From Candidatus Micrarchaeota archaeon (lineage in GTDB: Archaea > Micrarchaeota > Micrarchaeia > Anstonellales > J096), in the NCBI GenBank assembly GCA_964467175.1, contig CAYXNY010000049.1:1-54749 (forward strand): a stretch of DNA of 54,749 nt, written 5' to 3'. Shown here piece after piece: positions 9,181-18,218 of this stretch. Under the pieces are notes generated by a model, which worked only from the letters and a program-made list of their open reading frames with translations, was not told where the DNA came from and made no database searches. A program made the translations under genes and the position numbers. Every line of letters begins with the position of its first letter. Position 1 is the stretch's first letter.

Positions 9181-10443
9181 ATGGAAAAAGAAAAAAATTA
9201 TGAAGTTAAGGATTTGAGTCTTGCTGAGCAGGGAAAGAAGAATATCGAGCTGGCAGAGATGAGAATGGGGCCTGTGATGGAGATAAGGAGGAGGTTTGAG
9301 AAAGAAAAACCGCTGAAGGGGATAACCGTCGGAATGGCCCTGCATGTAACGAAAGAAACCGCCGTACTGGTTAGAACGCTTGTAGCAGGAGGGGCGGAGG
9401 TCGCGATAACGAGCTGCAATCCTTTGAGCACGCAGGACGACGCCGCGGCTGCTTTGGCGAAGGAGGGCGTAAATGTTTATGCGTACAAGGGCGAAAGCAG
9501 GGAGGATTATTACAGGTATTTGGAGAAGGTGCTTTCGCACAATCCGAACGTTCTCATAGACGATGGGCTCGACCTTATTACAGAAGTGCATACAAAAAGA
9601 AAAGAGCTAATAAAAAACATTATTGGCGGATGTGAAGAGACTACAACCGGAATAATAAGGGTAAGGGCTATGGAAAGAGAGGGGGTGCTGAGGTTTCCGG
9701 TGATTGCTGTAAACGACAATAAAACAAAGCATCTTTTGGACAACTATTACGGAACCGGCCAGTCAACTTTGGATGGGATAATGCGCGCGACGAACATTCT
9801 TTTTGCGGGAAAAACCGTGGTGGTGGCCGGGTATGGGGACTGCGGAAAAGGGGTTGCGCTTAAAGCAAAAGGGCTGGGCGCTAATGTCATAGTAACAGAA
9901 GTGGATGCATTCAGGGCATTGCAGGCGAAGCTGGATGGGTATAGGGTTATGCCTATGCGGGAAGCGGCAAAAGAAGGGGATATATTCATTACAGTAACCG
10001 GGAACAAGAATGTTATTACTGTTGAGCATGTAAAAAGTATGAAAGATGGCGCGGTTCTTGCAAACTCAGGGCATTTTGATGTTGAGATAGATGTGGCCGG
10101 AATAAAGAAAGCGGCAAAAAGCACAAGAAGGATAAGGCCTTTCATGGATGAATACAGTGTGGATGGAAAAAGAATATACATATTGGGCGAAGGGCGGCTG
10201 ATTAATCTTGCGGCCGCAGAAGGCCATCCATCTGAAGTAATGGCAACTAGTTTTGCAGGCCAGGCGCTGGCTGTGGAGTATCTGGTGAAAAACAAAGGAA
10301 AGCTTCCGGCAAAAGTGCTCGCCCTCCCGGAAAAAATTGACAATGAAATCGCAGAGCTTCAGCTGAAAGCGATGGGAGTGAAAAGGGATGGGCTTACAGG
10401 GGAGCAGAAAAAATATTTAGAAAGCTGGAAGGAAGGAACCTGA
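9181..10443 (+). CDS. ahcY: Adenosylhomocysteinase
   Basis: SCNPLSTQD, EETTTG, KHLLDNYYGTGQS, GRLINLAAAEGHP. Confidence 0.98.
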   Translation: MEKEKNYEVKDLSLAEQGKKNIELAEMRMGPVMEIRRRFEKEKPLKGITVGMALHVTKETAVLVRTLVAGGAEVAITSCNPLSTQDDAAAALAKEGVNVYAYKGESREDYYRYLEKVLSHNPNVLIDDGLDLITEVHTKRKELIKNIIGGCEETTTGIIRVRAMEREGVLRFPVIAVNDNKTKHLLDNYYGTGQSTLDGIMRATNILFAGKTVVVAGYGDCGKGVALKAKGLGANVIVTEVDAFRALQAKLDGYRVMPMREAAKEGDIFITVTGNKNVITVEHVKSMKDGAVLANSGHFDVEIDVAGIKKAAKSTRRIRPFMDEYSVDGKRIYILGEGRLINLAAAEGHPSEVMATSFAGQALAVEYLVKNKGKLPAKVLALPEKIDNEIAELQLKAMGVKRDGLTGEQKKYLESWKEGT

Positions 10444-10497
10444 ATATTTGTTTTTAAATGTTTTCTTCTAAATAGCGAAGAATAGCAAGGAGATAAA

Positions 10498-10902
10498 ATG
10501 GAAGAGTATGAAAAAATGCTGGAAGAGGCATATGCAAAACTGCCTGAAAAGAAGGGCGGCGGAGAGAGGCTGGAGATCCCGAAAGTGGCAAGCTTTACCG
10601 AGGGGAACAAAACAATAGTGAAAAATTTCAGGCAGATATGCGATGTTATAAGGAGGCAGCCGGAAATGCTCTCAAAGTATCTGAGCAGGGAGCTCGCTGC
10701 TCCAGTAGACCTCGGCGGAGATAGGTTAGTAATACAGAGGAAAGTCTTGAATGAGCTCATACAATCAAAAGTTGATTTTTTCATAAAAGAATATGTGATG
10801 TGCAAGGAGTGCGGAAAGCTTGACACGCACATTGAGAGCATTGCTGGAGTTAAAACGCTCATATGCGAGGCATGCGGAGCAAAAAGACCGGTGAGAATAT
10901 GA
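10498..10902 (+). CDS. eif2b: Translation initiation factor 2 beta subunit
   Basis: ERLEIP...EGNKT, CKECGKLDT...CEACGA zinc ribbon. Confidence 0.96.
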   Translation: MEEYEKMLEEAYAKLPEKKGGGERLEIPKVASFTEGNKTIVKNFRQICDVIRRQPEMLSKYLSRELAAPVDLGGDRLVIQRKVLNELIQSKVDFFIKEYVMCKECGKLDTHIESIAGVKTLICEACGAKRPVRI

Positions 10903-11258
10903 CAAGAGAGCAGATACGAAAAAGGCATAAAAAACCGAGAGAGAGCGAAGAACTGCTGGATGCGGAAGGGAAGCCGATTCCAATTGAAAGCAGGATAAAA
11001 TTTCCGAGAGGAAAAGAAATTTTCGGAGTTGTTGTTTCGGCTTTGGGCGGAGCGAGAATGATGTGCATATGCGCGGATGGGAAGGAGAGGGTGTGCAGGG
11101 TGCCGGGAAGGCTGAGAAAGCACATCTGGGTGAAGGAAGGGGATACTGTTCTTGTCGAGCCCTGGCCGGTTGAAGGGGATAAGAAAGGAGATATTGTGTG
11201 GAGATACAAGCCGATTGAGGCAAGATGGCTGAAGGAAAAGGGTTATATAAACTTTTGA
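10899..11258 (+). CDS. eif1a: Translation initiation factor 1A
   Basis: LGGARM..CADGKERVCRVPGRLRK..WVKEGD; ATG overlaps the eif2b stop. Confidence 0.95.
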   Translation: MTREQIRKRHKKPRESEELLDAEGKPIPIESRIKFPRGKEIFGVVVSALGGARMMCICADGKERVCRVPGRLRKHIWVKEGDTVLVEPWPVEGDKKGDIVWRYKPIEARWLKEKGYINF

Positions 11259-11270
11259 CTTTTTATTTTT

Positions 11271-12005
11271 ATGACCAAAAAACCTTTGAAGGAGAAGAAG
11301 CAACTGAAAGAGCATTACGGAATAGAAGAAGGGGTATTCGATAAGAAAACTTTGCTTACGGTTGCGAGGATAATAAAAAAAGGAATTATTGACAGTTTGG
11401 ACTACTGCGTCTCAACAGGGAAGGAGGCGAATGTTTACAGAGCAGGCAAAGGAGAAAATAATCTTGCTGTTAAAATATACAAAATAGAGACAACAGGATT
11501 TGAAAGAAAGAATAGGTATTTAGAGGGCGACTGGCGGTTTAAAAGGATAAGGTGGGATGAAAGGAGCATAACCTATGCTTTTGCAAGGAAGGAATTCAAG
11601 AACCTTGAGATCGCTGAGAAGGTAGGAGTGCATGCGCCGAAACCATACTATGTTGAGAATAATGTTGTGGTGATGGGCTTTATTGGGGAAGGGGGGCTTC
11701 CTTATCAAAAACTGAAGGATGCAAAGATAATAAGGGAAGTGGATTTGGAACTCATACTAAGCGATATAAAGAAAATGTACGGGGCTGGGTTTGTGCATGG
11801 GGATATAAGCGAATATAACGTTCTTCTTGGGGATGTCCCTTATCTGATAGATTTCAGCGAGGGTGTTGTGAAGGGCCATCCGCTTTTTGAAGAGTTGCTC
11901 GAAAGAGATGTTAGAAACATATTAAACTATTATGAAAAAAATGGAGTGAAAAAAGATTTTGAAAAAACACTTAAATGGATAAGAGAAAACAAAAAGAGAG
12001 ATTAG
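11271..12005 (+). CDS. rio1: RIO1 family protein kinase
   Basis: STGKEANVY, AVKIY, VHGDISEYN, IDFS; conserved position after aIF1A. Confidence 0.93.
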   Translation: MTKKPLKEKKQLKEHYGIEEGVFDKKTLLTVARIIKKGIIDSLDYCVSTGKEANVYRAGKGENNLAVKIYKIETTGFERKNRYLEGDWRFKRIRWDERSITYAFARKEFKNLEIAEKVGVHAPKPYYVENNVVVMGFIGEGGLPYQKLKDAKIIREVDLELILSDIKKMYGAGFVHGDISEYNVLLGDVPYLIDFSEGVVKGHPLFEELLERDVRNILNYYEKNGVKKDFEKTLKWIRENKKRD

Positions 12006-12997
12006 AGCACTTCATCCCGCCTATCTATCACATCAAAAACATCCGGACCCGTTCCTATCAGGCCGACCGGAACGCCGACTTTTTTCTCGATGTTTTCTAT
12101 GAATTTTTTCGCCTCTTTTGTGAGCTGCGAATATTTTCTGACTCCCTGATTCCCCGGAAACCTCACATCAACTTTAGTGAGAGCAAGGTAGGTGGCTGAG
12201 TTTATTTCAACAGCAGTTCTAAGGTCATCCCAATGAAGGTCAAGCGAGGTTCTTCTCGGCCTGCCCGTGACCGTTCCGTACTCCTGCATTCCTAATTTTT
12301 CTGCCTCCTGCACGCTCACCTCATTTTTCAAAGGCCCATTACCAACGCGAGTTGTGTAGGATTTTATCACCATTACAACGTTGTCTATAGATTTCGGGCC
12401 GAGGCCGACATCAGCCGCTATGGTGGAAGCGGAAACATCTTTGCTCGTAACAAACGGGTAGGTTCCGTAGAGGACGGAGAGCATAAAACCCTGAGTTCCC
12501 TCTACGAAAACATTTTTTTCTTTGTTCACAGCCTTTGCAACATCGGTCAAAAAAGGCTTGAGTTTTGGCTCGTCTTGAGCTAGCTTTGCAACCCTTCTCA
12601 CCCTGTCGCTCCACGCGGGCCCGCAGCCGGTTTTTGTTGTTCCTATTTTTTGGCCAACCTCGCCGGCATCTTCCTCCCTGTGTTTCTGTTCTATAACAGT
12701 GCATCTGAAATCAACGAACGCCCTGTTTTTTGCGCCCACCATCTCGACTTCTTTAAGAAAAACATCCGGGTCAACAAGGACGCCGGCGCCTATCATCACC
12801 TTTGCTTTTTCATAAACAAAACCGCACGGGAGCTGGCGCATTCCGTATGTTTTTCCCTTGTACTGAACCCTGTGGCCGGCGTTCGGCCCGACGCCGCCGC
12901 GAACAACTATCTTCGGCTTGTCTTTCATAACAATATAGCTTGTTATCTTTCCTTTTCCCTCGTCCCCAAACTGTCCGCCAACTAGAATTGTTTTCAT
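12002..12997 (-). CDS. purA: Adenylosuccinate synthetase (short archaeal type)
   Basis: GGQFGDEGKGK, GPNAGH, EGTQG, EYGTVTGRPRR; true start at ATG 12997. Confidence 0.97.
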   Translation of the reverse strand: MKTILVGGQFGDEGKGKITSYIVMKDKPKIVVRGGVGPNAGHRVQYKGKTYGMRQLPCGFVYEKAKVMIGAGVLVDPDVFLKEVEMVGAKNRAFVDFRCTVIEQKHREEDAGEVGQKIGTTKTGCGPAWSDRVRRVAKLAQDEPKLKPFLTDVAKAVNKEKNVFVEGTQGFMLSVLYGTYPFVTSKDVSASTIAADVGLGPKSIDNVVMVIKSYTTRVGNGPLKNEVSVQEAEKLGMQEYGTVTGRPRRTSLDLHWDDLRTAVEINSATYLALTKVDVRFPGNQGVRKYSQLTKEAKKFIENIEKKVGVPVGLIGTGPDVFDVIDRRDEVL

Positions 12998-13049
12998 AGA
13001 AACACCGGAATAAAAATAGAAGGAAAAGGGTTTAAAAGGTTGGTAGAAG

Positions 13050-13424
13050 CTACTTAACAGGTACAAGTCCTTTATCCGAATTAACGCTGTCTGCGGGCAC
13101 GATTTTAATCTGAGGGATGTCTGTTGTGTTTTTTCCGTATGTTCCCTGCTGTTGATAGTAGTAGCCGCTGAAATCCCAATGCGCCTGGCCGGTTTTTGGG
13201 TCAACATACCTCGTTCCGGCGGAGGGATTTATACTAACCTTTGGTTCAGGCATCGCCCACCAGGTAGGTAGTTGGGATTGAGCTTTTTGGACTTCAACAA
13301 CAAAAAGAGAATCGCCTCTCCTCTGCCATTCCCTTTCCATGTATGCGTTTCCTCCCGGAGGCATTCCTTTTATGCCGGTAGCAAAAACCAGGGATAATAC
13401 GACTCCTACAAAAATTTTTCTCAT
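13050..13424 (-). CDS. Hypothetical secreted protein
   Basis: Signal-peptide-like N-terminus MRKIFVGVVLSLVFATG; GGGTGAG RBS upstream. Confidence 0.7.
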   Translation of the reverse strand: MRKIFVGVVLSLVFATGIKGMPPGGNAYMEREWQRRGDSLFVVEVQKAQSQLPTWWAMPEPKVSINPSAGTRYVDPKTGQAHWDFSGYYYQQQGTYGKNTTDIPQIKIVPADSVNSDKGLVPVK

Positions 13425-13457
13425 ACGCTCACCCGTATTTTTTATGTACCAAAATGT

Positions 13458-14387
13458 TTAAATATATTTTTTCAAAACCTCAACGCATTTTTCGAGCGCC
13501 TCCTTCTCGCTCGCTCTTCCCTGCGCGCCGGCGGCCTTCTCATGCCCCCCGCCATCTCCGCCGAGAGCAACGCCAACCTCTTTCATAACTTCGTTGAGCT
13601 TTACACGCACAATTTTTCTTGCGCGCGCAGAGATTCGCACAATTTTTTCGTTCTCTTTATAGCTTGCAACAAATGCAATATCGGCAATTTCTGAAAGAAG
13701 GGATGCAGCAATGCTCTCCTTCGTTCCAATATGGCTGAACGCAACAACATATCCGCCAAGCTCGAGGAATTCCGCACGCTGGAGCGCGGTGAGGACTGCT
13801 TTCTTTGCTTCGTTCGGTTTTTCCGGCTCGCCTAGGTCATAAACCTCATCGTATGTTTTTCCGCTTCGCTTCAAAAGTTTCGTGAATGTTTCGAAAATTT
13901 CAAAACTTCCGCGCTTAAACCGGGCGGTATCCGAGAGAATGCCGGCGGCTAAAATGAATGCTGATTCCCGGTCTATGACAGGTAAAATCTCCGCGACGAT
14001 CTGAGAGGTTGCGCCGGCATTTTCATCTATTATTTTGTATTCCGCATCAAAATCCGGCTCCCCTCTATGGTGGTCGATTATGAGCAGGATTTTCCATTTT
14101 TCTGCCGGGAGGAGCGCTTTTGAGGAGGTGTCGACTGCAACTAGGCCGTCAAAATTTTTTGGGTCCAGCCTCTCGAACCACTCAAAATTTATACTAAATT
14201 TCTTAACAAAATTTTCGGCATCATAAGCAATTTTTTCTGGAATGGCGATTGTAGAATTCGGAAAATATTTTTTCAAAACATAAGCTGAAGCAATTGCGTC
14301 AACATCAGCGTTCTCATGGGTGGCGATAGCGAGTTTTGAGTTTTTGTGTTTTGAATAGAAAGAAGAAAAAATTTCAGCCGCCTTCAT
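13458..14387 (-). CDS. DHH/DHHA1 family phosphoesterase
   Basis: HENADVD, VDTS, IDHH, GILSDT, GGGHEKAAG. Confidence 0.92.
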   Translation of the reverse strand: MKAAEIFSSFYSKHKNSKLAIATHENADVDAIASAYVLKKYFPNSTIAIPEKIAYDAENFVKKFSINFEWFERLDPKNFDGLVAVDTSSKALLPAEKWKILLIIDHHRGEPDFDAEYKIIDENAGATSQIVAEILPVIDRESAFILAAGILSDTARFKRGSFEIFETFTKLLKRSGKTYDEVYDLGEPEKPNEAKKAVLTALQRAEFLELGGYVVAFSHIGTKESIAASLLSEIADIAFVASYKENEKIVRISARARKIVRVKLNEVMKEVGVALGGDGGGHEKAAGAQGRASEKEALEKCVEVLKKYI

Positions 14388-14709
14388 GTTTGAGCTCTTC
14401 TTGGAGTTTCTTAGTCAGCCGGGAAAGCGAAGCCCTGAGTTTTTCCTCCTGCTGGGAAAGGGTTTTTATGCGCGCATCCAGGAGCGCTTTCCTTCCTTTC
14501 AAGTCATCGCGCGCCTTCTCAACAGTGGTTCGTATGAGTATGCTCCCTATCGCCCTGTATATTTCTGCCTTCTCGTCAACTTTCTCTATCTCTTCAAGGG
14601 CCATGCCTATTTCGTTGAGCTGCATCTCTATCTGGTATTTTTGCAAGAGTATCGTCTGCAGTTCCTTTTCCATTTTCTGGTATTCGGCTATTTCGGTATC
14701 AAGCACCAT
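14374..14709 (-). CDS. pfdB: Prefoldin beta subunit
   Basis: Coiled coil with IYRAIGSILI hairpin; position in the exosome superoperon. Confidence 0.92.
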   Translation of the reverse strand: MVLDTEIAEYQKMEKELQTILLQKYQIEMQLNEIGMALEEIEKVDEKAEIYRAIGSILIRTTVEKARDDLKGRKALLDARIKTLSQQEEKLRASLSRLTKKLQEELKHEGG

Positions 14710-14710
14710 G

Positions 14711-14932
14711 TCATCCACCCTCAATTTCTTCAGCGCTTTGTGCTATGCGCAGATAAGTATTTAAAGTTGCCCTCAAGGAGGTTGCGTCCTCAGCCTCTAT
14801 TCCTATCGCCACAACATTCCCTTGCGCAGAAACAGAAGCCCTCACCCTTTTTGAGTGTTTCTCATGCTCCACTGCTCGGAGAAAGGCCTGCGCATCCTCC
14901 GTATAAAGCTTTATATCCGCTTTGCATTTCAT
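14711..14932 (-). CDS. pcc1: KEOPS complex subunit Pcc1
   Basis: IEAEDATSLRATLNTYLRI motif; start at ATG 14932. Confidence 0.9.
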   Translation of the reverse strand: MKCKADIKLYTEDAQAFLRAVEHEKHSKRVRASVSAQGNVVAIGIEAEDATSLRATLNTYLRIAQSAEEIEGG

Positions 14933-14933
14933 A

Positions 14934-15059
14934 TCAATCAGTTGAGGACTCGAGCGCCACGGAAGGCCTTTTCTTGAAAACAATCTTTCCGCCCGCAAAC
15001 GAAAAATCTTTCTTGCCTTCCATCGGCTTTCCTGATTTGTAATCAACATACTCCGGCAT
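14934..15059 (-). CDS. rpoP: RNA polymerase subunit P (Rpo12), cysteine-free variant
   Basis: 41 aa MPEYVDYKSGK...GGKIVFKKRP; syntenic slot after rpl37ae; GAGGTGA RBS. Confidence 0.75.
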   Translation of the reverse strand: MPEYVDYKSGKPMEGKKDFSFAGGKIVFKKRPSVALESSTD

Positions 15060-15063
15060 AGTA

Positions 15064-15288
15064 TCACCTCTCAGCTCCGGATTCGCCCGCAGCAACACCG
15101 GATGTTTTGAGCGCGTACGCTCCGCCGGCGATCTTGGCTCCACAGCTTTTGCATACCCACACCGCAAACCCCGCCCGCTTCACCTTTTTCTTCCCGCAGA
15201 CAGGGCATTCGTAAAGCTCGCCCTGCCTCTTTTTTACGTTAAGGTAGTTTTTCCTCACCTTTCTTCCGTACCTGCTCGTGTTCAGCAT
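15064..15288 (-). CDS. rpl37ae: 50S ribosomal protein eL43 (L37Ae)
   Basis: RYG..VRK, CPVCG...VWVCKSCG..IAGGAY. Confidence 0.96.
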   Translation of the reverse strand: MLNTSRYGRKVRKNYLNVKKRQGELYECPVCGKKKVKRAGFAVWVCKSCGAKIAGGAYALKTSGVAAGESGAER

Positions 15289-15299
15289 AGTCGCCCACC

Positions 15300-16085
15300 T
15301 TATAAATATTTTCTAAGCTCCTTTGTCTTTTCAAATGCTATATCCACACTATTTAGCACGTCATCTTTTTTAAATCCTCCTGTGCCGAATTTCTGGATTG
15401 CTGCGATGTGCTCTTCGGTTGTCGCGATGGTCAGACCGGCATCCGAAGCGCTTTCCTCTTCTATTGTGGGGTCGGCAAGAACGTAGTGCTCTATTTTTGC
15501 GAAGCTCACCGGAAGAGGATGCTTTTCTATTTTGAGCACGCCCGAGTATTCGCCTCTTACTATCTGAGCATTCTCAACCTTTGGAATTTTTGTGCTCTTG
15601 AGCGCTGCGAGCGCGGCAAGACCTGCCGCATCCACCATATTCCCGCCGTAATCAAGAACGTACAAATCCAAGAACAGACCGAGAGCCTTCCCCTCCTCCA
15701 GGAAAAAGGAGTTCAGATCAATTATTTCCGCGCTCCTTATGGCCCTGTCCACAACCCTCGCGAATTCTATGCTCTCCTCGCGCGGAGGGCCTGGCTCGAA
15801 CCTTGAGCTTGCAAGAGGAAGGAGTTCCGCGTTTGTAACGAAAACGCCCTTGTCCGGGTCGCTTGCAAAAGGCTCAACAACCTCGAATTTTATTCCGGCT
15901 ATGATCTGCGTGCTGCCTATTTTCGCGAGAGCGGAGCCCTCGGCGGTTTCTATCACTCCCTTGTGCAGCTCCACATGCCTGTAGTCGTAAAACCCCCTTC
16001 CGTCAAGCCTTTCTCCGTTCGCCAGCAGAGTAAGCAGGTAGGATTTTCTCATCGCATGCATTATAATATCTTTTTCTTCCCCCAT
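15300..16085 (-). CDS. rrp42: Exosome component Rrp42
   Basis: RLDGR, TAEGSA, PLASSRFEPGPP, ARVVDRAIRS. Confidence 0.96.
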   Translation of the reverse strand: MGEEKDIIMHAMRKSYLLTLLANGERLDGRGFYDYRHVELHKGVIETAEGSALAKIGSTQIIAGIKFEVVEPFASDPDKGVFVTNAELLPLASSRFEPGPPREESIEFARVVDRAIRSAEIIDLNSFFLEEGKALGLFLDLYVLDYGGNMVDAAGLAALAALKSTKIPKVENAQIVRGEYSGVLKIEKHPLPVSFAKIEHYVLADPTIEEESASDAGLTIATTEEHIAAIQKFGTGGFKKDDVLNSVDIAFEKTKELRKYL

Positions 16086-16089
16086 AAAA

Positions 16090-16833
16090 TCACCCTATCC
16101 TCAGCCTTTTGCTTACTGTTTCGCCGTATTTATTTTCTATCGCTTTTCTCTGAAGCTGGTTTATGTCCTCGCCTTTCCTGAACGCGAGGTCTATAATCTT
16201 GCTGAGTTCATCCTTGGTTAGCAATCCATCCATCTGCAGAAGTACAATATCCTTGTCCCGGTTTGTAAAGGCGATGGGCACGTCCGACTGGCCGAAATTG
16301 TCCTCCATTTTGCCGAGGTCAGCGATTAGTTTGTCTCCGGCTTTTCCGACAGAAACGCCGATTACAGTGTCTCTGAGCGGAATGCCTGCATCCATAAGAG
16401 CGGCAACCGCGGCCGTAAGCGCGCTTATCCTTGTGCCTCCATCCGCCTGCAGCACAATCGCATACACCTCTATCTGCGACTTGGGGAACAGCTCCACCAT
16501 GATTACATTCTCGAGCGCCTGCCTTATCACTTTGGAAATTTCCACGCTCCTCCTGTTTGGGCCCATCCTTCCGTGCTCCTCAAGCGAGCAGAATGTAGAC
16601 ATCATGTACTGGCATTTCACTATTGCCTTGTAAGGATTTTCCATGTGCCTTGGGATACACTCTCTTGGCCCGTAGACGCCGGCAACAACCTTGTTTCCCC
16701 CCCACTCCACCGAAGCGGAGCCGTCGGCATCCTCAAGAACGCCGACTTTTATTTTTATGGGCCTCAGGTCGTGAAGCCCTCTTCCATCAAGCCTTTTTCC
16801 GTTCACTATGAGCTCGATTTCCTTGTTTTCCAT
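16090..16833 (-). CDS. rrp41: Exosome exonuclease Rrp41
   Basis: RLDGR..DLRPI, ADGSA, VYGPRE, LQADGGTR, LLQMDG. Confidence 0.96.
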   Translation of the reverse strand: MENKEIELIVNGKRLDGRGLHDLRPIKIKVGVLEDADGSASVEWGGNKVVAGVYGPRECIPRHMENPYKAIVKCQYMMSTFCSLEEHGRMGPNRRSVEISKVIRQALENVIMVELFPKSQIEVYAIVLQADGGTRISALTAAVAALMDAGIPLRDTVIGVSVGKAGDKLIADLGKMEDNFGQSDVPIAFTNRDKDIVLLQMDGLLTKDELSKIIDLAFRKGEDINQLQRKAIENKYGETVSKRLRIG

Positions 16834-16834
16834 T

Positions 16835-17434
16835 TCAACCACTCTCCAGCATTTTCGAAATCTCGTCCGTAAGCCCCGTAAGGTGCGCCTTTGCGACAAT
16901 TGTTTTTATCGCCTTTATCGCCTTTGTCACCTTTCCCCTGTCTCCTATCCATATGTAGCCGTTCGCTCCTACGAACATCTCTACCCCTGTTTTTTCTTTT
17001 AGGAGTGAAAGCATGCTCGCTTTCTTTCCTATTATCCGGGGAACTTTTGAAGTAGGGACATCTATCACCTTCCCGCCTTTCAGAAGCCTCACATCGCCAG
17101 CTATCACCGTTCCGTCGTCCTCTATCCTCCCGACCCGTATCGAAACATAATCGCCCAGCCTGAACCTCATCCTGCCTATGTTTTTTGCAAGAATGAGAAC
17201 CGGAAATGATATGTTTGCATCAACAGTGTAGTTTCCGTGCCTCTCATCTATTATTACACCAACAAGCGGGTCGTCCTGCATCGGAAGATACACTCCTTCT
17301 AAACTTGTGAACCTTCCATCCTCGAGTGTTCCCACAACCGCAGCGTATGTTTTTCCGTCCTTTATATATGCTGTGCCTTTTTTGAAATGCTCGGGCTTTT
17401 CCGATATCATATCTCCGGGTAGTACAAAAACCAA
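16835..17434 (-). CDS. rrp4: Exosome RNA-binding cap Rrp4
   Basis: VLPGD, S1 domain, KH motif KVPRIIGKKASM, VGANGYIWI; TTG start after GAGGTGA. Confidence 0.93.
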   Translation of the reverse strand: MVFVLPGDMISEKPEHFKKGTAYIKDGKTYAAVVGTLEDGRFTSLEGVYLPMQDDPLVGVIIDERHGNYTVDANISFPVLILAKNIGRMRFRLGDYVSIRVGRIEDDGTVIAGDVRLLKGGKVIDVPTSKVPRIIGKKASMLSLLKEKTGVEMFVGANGYIWIGDRGKVTKAIKAIKTIVAKAHLTGLTDEISKMLESG

Positions 17435-17462
17435 TTTCTCACCTCTTTTCTCCGAATTTATT

Positions 17463-18158
17463 TCATTTTTGTAGCATTTTTGTTTCAACATTGCCGTGAG
17501 TTGCTTTGTTTATCCTGTCTATGAAATCCCCCTGCATGCCTCCGGGAATTTCAACAACAGCGATTAAGTCGCCGTTTCCGAGCCACTGCTCCTGAACAAT
17601 TCCAAAACTCTTCAGAGTTCCGTAAGTTCTAACAGCGTACTCAGAAGGAACCTTCACAGCAATCCTTATCTTTTCAAATTTCATGGGCAGAACAATTTTT
17701 AAAGCTTTTATTACCTCCTCTGCCTGCTGTTCAGCCGGCTTGAACGGGTCTATATGCACTTTCACCTGCTCCATCGCCAGCTCCAGCCTCTGCGGAGGGA
17801 TGGGGGCGTTTGTTCTTGGGTCGATCGCATTCTTGAGTATCATGTCCATAACGCGCTTTCGCTTCTCCTCCACCATCTTCCTCCTCTGCTCTGTTGTAAG
17901 CTGAACATTACCTTTTGCAAGTATTATTTCAAGCACTTTTAGGATGTCTGTGGTGCCGAATGCCTTGTTTATTGCGGATACGGTCTGCCTCTCTGCCTTT
18001 TGAGCATTCTTGAAAATCTCTTCAACAACAAGAAGGCCATGCAGGTCAGTTTTCCTCCCGTCCAGATATTCGTATGTTTTGCCTGGGTCTAGGAAAACCT
18101 CGAATTTTTCCCCGTCTTTTTCATATGTGGCAATGATGGCTTTATCCAGAGACACCAT
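17463..18158 (-). CDS. Ribosome maturation protein SBDS/Sdo1
   Basis: GEKFEV, AFGTTD, QLTTEQRR, AIDPRTNAPIPPQR. Confidence 0.96.
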   Translation of the reverse strand: MVSLDKAIIATYEKDGEKFEVFLDPGKTYEYLDGRKTDLHGLLVVEEIFKNAQKAERQTVSAINKAFGTTDILKVLEIILAKGNVQLTTEQRRKMVEEKRKRVMDMILKNAIDPRTNAPIPPQRLELAMEQVKVHIDPFKPAEQQAEEVIKALKIVLPMKFEKIRIAVKVPSEYAVRTYGTLKSFGIVQEQWLGNGDLIAVVEIPGGMQGDFIDRINKATHGNVETKMLQK

Positions 18159-18185
18159 AATATTCAAAATCTATTGAACATAATG

Positions 18186-18193
18186 TTTTAAAA
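18186..18193. promoter_or_regulatory. Palindromic TATA-like element between divergent SBDS and purC genes
   Basis: TTTTAAAA lies 27 nt from the SBDS ATG and 25 nt from the purC ATG. Confidence 0.5.
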
Positions 18194-18218
18194 ATTAAAT
18201 CCTGTTATACTCGGTTTC

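Noticed and set aside
12998-13207. N-terminal extension of purA in the ORF track (similar cases for rrp41, rrp4, rpl15e, pcc1, trm1, cysteine synthase)
   Set aside because: The extensions overlap neighbouring genes or promoters; family homology begins at a downstream start.
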